Below are positions 18,042-25,332 of a stretch of DNA of 42,269 nucleotides, piece after piece. The notes below the pieces were generated by a model, which worked only from the letters and a program-made list of their open reading frames with translations, did no database searches and was not told the DNA's origin. Both the position numbers and the translations under genes were made by a program. The DNA lies in the NCBI GenBank assembly GCA_038065335.1, contig JBBTRD010000013.1, forward strand, positions 1-42,269, given 5' to 3'. How positions within the stretch are numbered: position 1 is the stretch's first letter; every line of letters begins with the position of its first letter. This DNA comes from Patescibacteria group bacterium. Its GTDB lineage: Bacteria; Patescibacteriota; Minisyncoccia; 2-02-FULL-40-12; GWA2-44-9.

Positions 18042-19046
18042 ATGGAAAAGAAAACACTTTTGACCGGGGACAGACCAACGGGGCCACTGCATCTTGGGCA
18101 TTATTTTGGCTCGTTGCAAAATCGGGTGGCAATGCAAAATGATTTTGATTCATACATCATGGTCGCCGATGTCCAGGCGCTGACCGACAATTTTCATCAG
18201 CCAGAAATGGTCCGGGAAAATGTTTTGGAAGTAGCCATGGACAATATCGCCGCCGGCGTTGACCCAAAAAAATCTACTCTTTTTATCCAAAGCCAAATCC
18301 CTCAAATTGCCGAATTGACGGTTTTTTATTCCAATCTCGTTACCATTAACACTCTTAAGCGCAATCCGACCGTCAAAGCCGAAATTGCCGAGAAAAAGGA
18401 ATTATTCGGCCAGGATGGCGAAAGCGTTACCTATGGCTTCTTGGGTTATCCTGTCAGCCAAGCCGCCGATATTACTATCGTCCGCGCCCATATCGTCCCC
18501 GTGGGCGAAGATCAATTACCCATGATTGAACAGGCTCGGGAAATTGTCGAGCGTTTCCACCGGATGTATCAGTGTGATATTTTCCCCCTCCCGCAAGCCA
18601 AACTCTCGGACAGCCCTCGCATCATCGGCCTCGACGGTTCGGGTAAAATGTCTAAGTCGCTTAATAATGCCGTCTACCTCAAGGATAACCCCGAAACAAC
18701 CATTGAAAAAATAAAGGGCGCCAAGACCGATTCTAGCACCACGATTGAATTCAATCCGAAGGAGCGACCCGAAATTTCCAATCTGGTGCTAATTTATGCT
18801 CTGATTCATAATCAAAACCCCAAAGACGCCGCTTCCGAACTGAAGCATAATACTTACAGCGAATTCAAACTTAAACTGGCCCAAGATTTAAACCGCCATC
18901 TCGCGCCGTTTCGGGCTAAACGCTTGGAACTCGAGGCCAAGCCCCATTACGTCAAAGAAATTCTCGACATGGGTCGAGTCAAGGTTCTCGAAAAAGCCGA
19001 AGAAACCATGAAACTTGTTAGAGAAGCCATGAAGATTAATTATTAG
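18042..19046 (+). CDS. trpS: Tryptophan--tRNA ligase
   Basis: 334 aa with GDRPTGPLHLGHY (HIGH-type motif), KMSKS and VPVGEDQ. Confidence 0.95.
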   Translation: MEKKTLLTGDRPTGPLHLGHYFGSLQNRVAMQNDFDSYIMVADVQALTDNFHQPEMVRENVLEVAMDNIAAGVDPKKSTLFIQSQIPQIAELTVFYSNLVTINTLKRNPTVKAEIAEKKELFGQDGESVTYGFLGYPVSQAADITIVRAHIVPVGEDQLPMIEQAREIVERFHRMYQCDIFPLPQAKLSDSPRIIGLDGSGKMSKSLNNAVYLKDNPETTIEKIKGAKTDSSTTIEFNPKERPEISNLVLIYALIHNQNPKDAASELKHNTYSEFKLKLAQDLNRHLAPFRAKRLELEAKPHYVKEILDMGRVKVLEKAEETMKLVREAMKINY

Positions 19047-19140
19047 CGACGAGCTTGTCGAAATACTAGTTCTTTGTAGAAAATCGAGACAATACGCATA
19101 ATTAACATATGTAACTTTAAAATAAGCTCGTACGAAACAA

Positions 19141-19677
19141 TTATAAAGTAAAGTATTTTATTAATTCTAATTTTTTAAACCCGACATCCTCAGCAGTAAT
19201 AATATCAACGTAATCTGAAATATCCAATTGCTCACAAATATCTCCAATTTCTTCGTGACAAGGATAAGGTAAAACGAAAACACTTTTTTGTAACATAAAA
19301 AACCCTAAATTTTTTAATTTTTTTCGAAATTTTATTCTTGCTAAATGTAACTCTTGAGGAATATCAAAAATTACTAATCGCCATTTTTTGTCCCATATTA
19401 GATAACGTCTTGGAAAATACCTACTAATAGCTCCTCGGGCCCATACAGATCCGTTTTGAGTAAGTTTAAATCGGCCCGGACTAACGTCTTTAAGCAGGCC
19501 TCGATATTTCAAGTTATAGACATTCTGATAAATCACATCTGGATCAATTCCGGCCATTCTTAAATCTTTATAATGCCAAGATTCACGAGCAAACATCTTA
19601 AATGGAGTATTTTTAAGATCTAAAGCTTCTAAAAAAGTGATAATAAATTTTTTAGATTTGTTAAGTTTGTTACCCAT
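19141..19677 (-). CDS. PaaX-like regulator: N-terminal wHTH plus a Cas2/VapD-like ferredoxin-fold domain (paralog 1)
   Basis: WDKKWRLVIFDIPQELHLARIKFRKKLKNLGFFMLQKSVFVLPYP matches the PaaX/Cas2-type beta-alpha-beta core. Paralogous to 27643..28194. Confidence 0.7.
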   Translation of the reverse strand: MGNKLNKSKKFIITFLEALDLKNTPFKMFARESWHYKDLRMAGIDPDVIYQNVYNLKYRGLLKDVSPGRFKLTQNGSVWARGAISRYFPRRYLIWDKKWRLVIFDIPQELHLARIKFRKKLKNLGFFMLQKSVFVLPYPCHEEIGDICEQLDISDYVDIITAEDVGFKKLELIKYFTL

Positions 19678-19682
19678 ACATA

Positions 19683-19726
19683 TAATACTTTATTATAGAC
19701 TCGTACGAGTCTATAATAAAGTATTA
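19683..19726. promoter_or_regulatory. 44-nt perfect palindrome immediately upstream of PaaX-like paralog 1 (candidate operator)
   Basis: TAATACTTTATTATAGACTCGTACGAGTCTATAATAAAGTATTA, checked base by base, 6 nt from the start codon. Confidence 0.7.
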
Positions 19727-19782
19727 GTTTTTATTAATCAAGTTGATAAGTTCGGATGATATTATTAATTACAAAAAGAATG

Positions 19783-20556
19783 CTATCCTAAAAGATATTC
19801 AATTGCGTTCTTAGTATTTTGGACTGACTCAACCTTAAAACAAGCTACACCAGACTCAAGGACAGGATAGTCATTTCCTTCCGATTCGAGAGCATCGCCA
19901 AAAAAGATAATGTCTTCTTTTAAAACATCAAGGTGTTTTATAATCTGTTCGATTCCGAATTCTTTATCAATTCCTTTTTTAGTCACATCAATTGAAGTGA
20001 GTCCAGCCACCTTAGCTTCCATGTCGGGCAGATAACTATTGAGTCTTGCAACAAGCTTCAAGCGTTTATCATTTTCTTCTTCCGCCCACTTTTCTTTTTC
20101 TTCTAATGGCGCCTGTTGGCCCAAAGCCGAAAAAGTAATCTGGCTGCCTCGATCTTCAATAAGCTCTCCGTAAATCTTTGCGGGTTGAATATAATCAATG
20201 TCTTTGAAGGTCTTCTCAAAAGCTTTGAATATCTTCCTCTTTTGCTCATCCGTTAATTTTTGAGAATAAACTTGCTCCCAACTATTATTTTTATATTCAT
20301 AAAAAGAACCCCCATCCAGGGGAAGTAAAGATAAGTTACCATTTTTGAAGATACTATCGGGTAGTTGAGAAGCCATCTGTCTAAAGCTGGCCCCACCAAT
20401 AATGGCCACTTTTTTATTGGCCAACAATCGAGCCAGAAGCACGCCCATTTCCGAATCAATTTTAACTTTGCTCTCCGCCAACGTCCCATCCAAATCAAAA
20501 ACAAAAACACTTTTGCCTTTCGGAATTTCCTGAACTGTATTTATAAGATTATTCAT
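19783..20556 (-). CDS. HAD-IIB hydrolase, eukaryotic-type phosphomannomutase-like
   Basis: VFVFDLDGTLAESKVKIDSEMGVLLARLLANKKVAIIGGASFRQM resembles the PMM N-terminus. It also has the late FFGD...GNDYP motif. Confidence 0.65.
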   Translation of the reverse strand: MNNLINTVQEIPKGKSVFVFDLDGTLAESKVKIDSEMGVLLARLLANKKVAIIGGASFRQMASQLPDSIFKNGNLSLLPLDGGSFYEYKNNSWEQVYSQKLTDEQKRKIFKAFEKTFKDIDYIQPAKIYGELIEDRGSQITFSALGQQAPLEEKEKWAEEENDKRLKLVARLNSYLPDMEAKVAGLTSIDVTKKGIDKEFGIEQIIKHLDVLKEDIIFFGDALESEGNDYPVLESGVACFKVESVQNTKNAIEYLLG

Positions 20557-20599
20557 GCATGTTTGTTTTCAGGCCTATTTTATCGTATCATAAATCACT

Positions 20600-21607
20600 A
20601 TGTTATCAATCGGAATTGTCGGTCTGCCAAATGTGGGGAAAAGCACCTTATTCAAGGCGCTGACCAATAAGCAGGTGGATATTCAAAATTATCCTTTTAC
20701 GACCATTGACCCGAATGTGGGCGTGGTGGCCGTGCCCGATGAACGAGTTGACGCGCTTTCGGATTTTTCTCACTCAAAAAAGAAACTCTATACCACTATC
20801 GAATTTATTGATATTGCCGGTCTGATTAAAGGGGCATCGCAAGGCGAAGGATTGGGAAATAAGTTCTTAGCCAACATCCGCGAGGTGGATGCGATCGCCC
20901 ATGTCGTTCGAGTTTTTCCCGCCGGAGGCGGGTCCGCCTCCGGCGGAGATGTTGTACACGTCCACAGTACCATTGATCCCGTTAATGATATTGAAGTTAT
21001 AAAGACCGAACTTGAATTGGCGGATTTACAAACCAAAGAAAAGAGAGAGAAGAAAGACCCCGCAAAATCGTCTGCTGGCGATCGCGGGGCAAGCTTGCCT
21101 GCCTTAGATTTATTAGCCGATAAGAAAATCATCTATGTTTTTAATGCATCAGAAGCTCAATTGGCCGCCAATTGGCAACCTGATGCAAAATTATTAGACA
21201 CAATTAAGGACAGCGACTACGTAGTTCTTTCTACTCCGTTAGAATTATTGCTTTCTGAAACCACCCCCGAAGAGAAAACGGAATACCTAACCGGATTCAA
21301 TATAAAAGAGAGCGGTCTAGATGTTCTAATTAAAAAAGGTTACCACACGCTTGGTTTACTCACTTTTCTGACTACGGGTGAAGACGAAAGTCGGGCCTGG
21401 ACCGCTCATCAAGGTGATCTAATCCCAAAAGCTTCCCGCGCCATTCACACCGATTTTGAAAAACTTTTCATCAAGGCCGAAGTCATTAATTGGAAAACTC
21501 TTCTTGAAGCCGGTAGCCATGCCAACGCCCGCACTCATGGCCTTATCAAAATCGTCGGCCGAGATTACACCATTCAAGAAGGCGATGTCGTTGAAATACG
21601 AATCTAA
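20600..21607 (+). CDS. ychF: Ribosome-binding ATPase YchF (shortened middle domain, in-frame palindrome insert)
   Basis: GIVGLPNVGKSTLFKALT, FTTIDPNVG, DIAGLIKGAS and the C-terminal TGS-like IQEGDVVEIR. Confidence 0.9.
   Translation: MLSIGIVGLPNVGKSTLFKALTNKQVDIQNYPFTTIDPNVGVVAVPDERVDALSDFSHSKKKLYTTIEFIDIAGLIKGASQGEGLGNKFLANIREVDAIAHVVRVFPAGGGSASGGDVVHVHSTIDPVNDIEVIKTELELADLQTKEKREKKDPAKSSAGDRGASLPALDLLADKKIIYVFNASEAQLAANWQPDAKLLDTIKDSDYVVLSTPLELLLSETTPEEKTEYLTGFNIKESGLDVLIKKGYHTLGLLTFLTTGEDESRAWTAHQGDLIPKASRAIHTDFEKLFIKAEVINWKTLLEAGSHANARTHGLIKIVGRDYTIQEGDVVEIRI
20919..20946. repeat. 28-nt perfect GC palindrome inside the ychF coding sequence
   Basis: CCGCCGGAGGCGG-GT-CCGCCTCCGGCGG gives 13 perfect pairs and encodes AGGGSASGG. 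Confidence 0.85.
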
Positions 21608-21609
21608 AA

Positions 21610-21666
21610 CCCCGCCGTTGAAAAGGGTCGCTTCGCGGTTTAAGTTAATCCTTTTCAACGGCGGGG
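21610..21666. repeat. 17-bp perfect-stem hairpin downstream of ychF; its base is the 11-mer CCCCGCCGTTG
   Basis: CCCCGCCGTTGAAAAGG, a 23-nt loop, then CCTTTTCAACGGCGGGG. There is a U-tract only on the minus-strand side. Confidence 0.75.
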
Positions 21667-21704
21667 AAAACAAAAGGGCTCCGCGACAGCGGGACGCGGA
21701 GTCC
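21667..21704 (-). terminator. Rho-independent terminator of the DUF218 gene
   Basis: Minus strand reads GGACTCCGCG-TCCCGCTGT-CGCGGAGCCC followed by TTTTGTTTT. Confidence 0.7.
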
Positions 21705-21718
21705 TTTTGTTGCGGAGC

Positions 21719-22303
21719 CTAAATCTCATATGAGCGACGGATTCTTCGCCGTCGTTCCCTCTCGGCCAGACCAAGCCACGGATACTTGATTGCCAGCCAA
21801 GTCATGATGGTGGTCTTGAGCTCGCGAACTGGATCGGCGCGTTCCCAACTCACTGTCTCGATAGTGATACTGTCAACATTCTCGACAAGATCGCGCATGA
21901 AGTGTCGCGACAACAGGATGACCTTGAGTGCCCGCTGGGCTTCACAAAAAATCGTAATCTTGAAATTCCCGCCGGGAACGTTGTGGAAGAACCCCACGGT
22001 CCGGATTTTCTCCGCGGCCAATCTGATGTTGTCGTATGTGGTGTACGAGTCAATCTGGATCCAATGGCTCTGATGCCACCCCTGAAGCCCCTCTGGTTGG
22101 ACCATCAAGTAATTATACATGACTTGGGCCTCTGATTTTCCGGGAAAAGACTTTTTCTGTGTTTCACCTCCACAGAAAATGACTTGCCCGACACGATTGA
22201 CTCGCAGAAAGTTCCTTACCCGATCGACGTAGACCGCAAGTGGTGAATCGATATTGCACCCATAGCCACAGACTACAACGACGTGTTGTTTCTTTTCTGA
22301 CAC
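21719..22303 (-). CDS. DUF218 (YdcF/SanA-like) domain protein
   Basis: VVVVCGYG...VYVDRV...VIFCGGET...SEAQVMYNYL...DSYTTYDNI follows the DUF218 pattern. GTG start with AGGTGA 4 nt upstream. Confidence 0.7.
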   Translation of the reverse strand: MSEKKQHVVVVCGYGCNIDSPLAVYVDRVRNFLRVNRVGQVIFCGGETQKKSFPGKSEAQVMYNYLMVQPEGLQGWHQSHWIQIDSYTTYDNIRLAAEKIRTVGFFHNVPGGNFKITIFCEAQRALKVILLSRHFMRDLVENVDSITIETVSWERADPVRELKTTIMTWLAIKYPWLGLAERERRRRIRRSYEI

Positions 22304-22381
22304 CTGTCACCTGCCTTGTTTGAAAAGAACCGAAATGGCTAACTGAACGATACCACGTTTTACTTTTTTTGTAAATAGTTG

Positions 22382-22504
22382 ACCCCGCCGTTGGGAAACT
22401 GCGTGATTTTTTAAATTTAAATCAATTTTAATTATTAAGACATACAAAAAATACTGGATACCTCTATGAGTTTTCCAGAAAACTCAGTTTCCCAACGGCG
22501 GGGT
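22382..22504. repeat. 20-bp perfect inverted repeat with an 83-nt AT-rich spacer; same CCCCGCCGTTG base as 21610..21666
   Basis: ACCCCGCCGTTGGGAAACTG (22382..22401) pairs with CAGTTTCCCAACGGCGGGGT (22485..22504). Confidence 0.8.
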
Positions 22505-22532
22505 TGACGAAAAAATCGTTTTTTGATACGAT
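22504..22532 (+). promoter_or_regulatory. Candidate promoter of the rpsF-ssb-rpsR operon
   Basis: TTGACG, a 17-nt spacer, then TACGAT. The -35 box abuts the right arm of the 22382..22504 inverted repeat and leaves a ~200-nt leader. Confidence 0.5.
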
Positions 22533-22733
22533 GCGACCAGTTGATTTAATACGTTTTATTCGCTCTTCAGGATACCCATTAGTGGGAGGTCTCCTTCCCT
22601 ACCTGTCGGCAATCTAACGGAATACACACTTGTCCCGTTAGAAATAGCCCTAGCGTGGACAATTAATACCTAGGCCTTTGCTGGTATGAGCATTACATAA
22701 TTCTCATACGAGTTCAGTCCTATTTCTTTCGGG

Positions 22734-23216
22734 ATGTCTGACGTCCGTAGAAATTATGAGTTGGCGTTTCATATCAATCAGAATCTGGAAGAATCCAGAA
22801 TTATGACGATTGCGAATGAGCTAAAAGACGAGTTGACAAAAGGCGGAGCAACGATTACCTTCACTAAGGAACCGGAGCGCCAGCGTTTGTCATACGAGAT
22901 AAAGCATAATGCCGGCAGTTTTTTTGGTTATATCCAGTTTAATATGCCCGCCGGCGAAGACGATATACAGCACTTGACAGGAGTTGAAGAATATATAAAA
23001 CTCAACAACGACATCCTCCGTTCTTTGATTCTCCGCCTTCCGTCAGATGCCCAAAAGAGTCAGGCTTTGGAACGCCAGATGAAAGCTAGGGAACGCCTCG
23101 AAAAACGCGCCCAGGCCACAACTAAGGCTACCCCGACTGACAAACCATCATCACCATCATCAGCCGATAGAGAGAAGCTAGAAAAGGCGGTTGAAGATAT
23201 TATTGAAAAACTGTAA
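22734..23216 (+). CDS. rpsF: 30S ribosomal protein S6 with a C-terminal extension
   Basis: The N-terminus YELAFHINQNLEE is S6-like, and the S6-SSB-S18 gene order is conserved. Confidence 0.8.
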   Translation: MSDVRRNYELAFHINQNLEESRIMTIANELKDELTKGGATITFTKEPERQRLSYEIKHNAGSFFGYIQFNMPAGEDDIQHLTGVEEYIKLNNDILRSLILRLPSDAQKSQALERQMKARERLEKRAQATTKATPTDKPSSPSSADREKLEKAVEDIIEKL

Positions 23217-23223
23217 ACAAACC

Positions 23224-23292
23224 TTAGCTTCTTAGCTGATTAGCTTATTAGGAAAACCTAAAAAGCTAGAAAGCTGATAAGCTAGGAAGCTA
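23224..23292 (+). other. Imperfect word-built hairpin in the rpsF-ssb spacer
   Basis: TTAGCTTCTTAGCTGATTAGCTTATTAGG-AAAA-CCTAAAAAGCTAGAAAGCTGATAAGCTAGGAAGCTA. The right arm contains the AGGAAG SD of ssb. Confidence 0.55.
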
Positions 23293-23295
23293 TCT

Positions 23296-23826
23296 GTGAA
23301 TTTAAATAAAGTCATTCTTATTGGTCGATTGACCCAAGATCCAGAAGCTCGGACCACCCCGAGCGGTCAGAACGTTACGACGGTCAATATGGCCACTAAC
23401 CGCGTTTGGACCGACGCCACAAGCGGTCGCAAAGAAGCCACGGAGTTTCATCGCGTTGTCGCTTGGGGAAAACTGGGCGATATCGCTTCCAAATATCTCA
23501 CCAAGGGTGGTCTCGTCATGATTGAGGGTCGATTACAGACCCGCTCTTGGGATGACAAAGAAACAGGCAAGAAACGCTACATGACCGAAATCATCGCCGA
23601 GAATCTTCAGATGGGTCCTCGAGCAGCCGGAACAGCCCCAGTTGCCTCATTTGAGCCGGGCTCATATAGACATCCGATTGAAAACACAAATTCTTCTTCA
23701 GTTAAACAATCCCCGGCTGAACATACTGTTGAACCGGAAATCCCCATCATTGATGAAAATGAACCCCTGAATGCTGGCGTCGAAGAGGACGAAATAGCAA
23801 TAAAAGAAAAAGATCTGCCGTTTTAG
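23296..23826 (+). CDS. ssb: Single-stranded DNA-binding protein
   Basis: GTG start, the OB-fold N-terminus NKVILIGRLTQDPE...FHRVVAWGKLGD, and an acidic tail ending DLPF. Confidence 0.9.
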   Translation: MNLNKVILIGRLTQDPEARTTPSGQNVTTVNMATNRVWTDATSGRKEATEFHRVVAWGKLGDIASKYLTKGGLVMIEGRLQTRSWDDKETGKKRYMTEIIAENLQMGPRAAGTAPVASFEPGSYRHPIENTNSSSVKQSPAEHTVEPEIPIIDENEPLNAGVEEDEIAIKEKDLPF

Positions 23827-23923
23827 TTGGAATCGTCCCTTCGCCCCAGACCCGGGGAACCAGTCCCGTCGGTTCCCCCAGAGGGGCCCCCTCCGCTACT
23901 GGGGCTTAAGGGACAATTCCAAC
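23826..23923 (+). repeat. GC-rich palindromic element, copy C (ssb-rpsR spacer)
   Basis: Core GCCCCAGACCCGGGGAACCAGTCCCGTCGGTTCCCCCAGAGGGGCCCCCTCCGCTACTGGGGC with the copy-specific arms GTTGGAATCGTCCC / GGGACAATTCCAAC. Confidence 0.85.
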
Positions 23924-23953
23924 TCTCACTAAATAAATTTTAAAAAAATAAAG

Positions 23954-24163
23954 ATGCATTGCAAATTATGCGAAGAAAATATTAGCCACATTGACTACAA
24001 GAATACTAAGTTTTTGCGCTCTTATGTGACCGCTCAATTTAAAATCAGCACCTCTCGACGCAACGAACTCTGCGCTAAACACCAGCGCATGATTGCCAAC
24101 GCCATCAAACTCGCCCGCTTCATGGTCCTCATACCCTACACAAGAAATCAAACTGTAAGATAG
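23954..24163 (+). CDS. rpsR: 30S ribosomal protein S18
   Basis: 69 aa with IDYKNTKFLRSYVT...KISTSRRNELCAKHQRMIANAIKLARFMVLIPY. Confidence 0.85.
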   Translation: MHCKLCEENISHIDYKNTKFLRSYVTAQFKISTSRRNELCAKHQRMIANAIKLARFMVLIPYTRNQTVR

Positions 24164-24169
24164 AAACTT

Positions 24170-25261
24170 CTATTCTTTTTCTTCCGCCTCCGGCGCCATG
24201 CTCACCGGCGCAATTTCTTCATTGGCGGCCGCTTTGCGAACTTTGGAGACGATTTCGTTCATGATTTTTGGATTGTCTTTCAAAAATTGGCGAGAGCCTT
24301 CGATGCCCTGACCGATTTTCTCGCCATTGTAGCTAAACCAGGAACCGGCCTTGACGACGACACCATAACGGACACCGGCATTCACCACATCGGCATATTT
24401 GGAAATGCCTTCGTTATAAAGAATATCAAATTCGCAGGTTCGGAATGGCGGGGCGACTTTGTTTTTGACGATTTTAACTTTGGTGCGGTTGCCGACGATT
24501 TTCTCGCCCGACTGGATCTGGGCGGACCGACGAATCTCAATACGAACGGACGAATAGAATTTCAAAGCCATCCCGCCGGTGGTCGTTTCGGGATTACCAA
24601 ACATCACCCCAATTTTCATACGCAGTTGGTTTATAAAAATAACTGTTGTTTTAGACTTGGCGACAATAGCCGTCAACTTACGCAAAGCGTGAGACATCAA
24701 ACGCGCCTGCAATCCCATGTGCTGTTGGTCCATCTCGCCTTCAATTTCGGCCCGAGGCGTTAAGGCCGCCACCGAATCAATGACGACAACGTCAACCCCG
24801 CCAGATTTTACCAATGCCTCCACGATGTCTAGAGCCTGTTCGCCTGTATCCGGTTGAGAAATGAGAAGTTGATCTATTTTAACGCCAATCTTTTTGGCGT
24901 ATTCCGGATCCAAAGCGTGCTCGGCATCCACATAGGCGGCGATACCACCGGCTTTCTGCGCTTCGGATACAATATGCAAACAAAGGGTGGTTTTGCCGGA
25001 ACTTTCGGGACCATAAACTTCAATGACTCGTCCCCGAGGCACGCCGCCAACACCTAAGGCAATGTCTAACGACAATGAGCCAGTCGGAATGACATCCACA
25101 TCCACCTTGCTAACTTGACCCAAGCGCATAATCGAACCTTCGCCATATTTTTCCTGTAATTCCTTGACCATCATCTCCACATTCCGACCTCGGCCTTCCT
25201 GCACCTTAGCCGCCACCGACTTCTTACTTTCTTCCTTTTCTGTTTGCTTTTTGGGAATCAT
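24170..25261 (-). CDS. recA: Recombinase RecA
   Basis: 363 aa with [22 protein letters not shown] and [22 protein letters not shown]. Confidence 0.97.
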   Translation of the reverse strand: MIPKKQTEKEESKKSVAAKVQEGRGRNVEMMVKELQEKYGEGSIMRLGQVSKVDVDVIPTGSLSLDIALGVGGVPRGRVIEVYGPESSGKTTLCLHIVSEAQKAGGIAAYVDAEHALDPEYAKKIGVKIDQLLISQPDTGEQALDIVEALVKSGGVDVVVIDSVAALTPRAEIEGEMDQQHMGLQARLMSHALRKLTAIVAKSKTTVIFINQLRMKIGVMFGNPETTTGGMALKFYSSVRIEIRRSAQIQSGEKIVGNRTKVKIVKNKVAPPFRTCEFDILYNEGISKYADVVNAGVRYGVVVKAGSWFSYNGEKIGQGIEGSRQFLKDNPKIMNEIVSKVRKAAANEEIAPVSMAPEAEEKE

Positions 25262-25332
25262 GGAGATAGATTAAATTTAAGCTACCTTATAATACAAGAC
25301 TAGGAGATAAACACAAGTCTGGAGTAAGTCTG

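Noticed and set aside
21610-22504. Integron attC sites flanking the DUF218 gene
   Set aside because: attC sites have RYYYAAC at the 5' end and GTTRRRY at the 3' end. Here the GTTG is in the 5' arm and the CAAC in the 3' arm, both internal to the stems. No intI gene is present.
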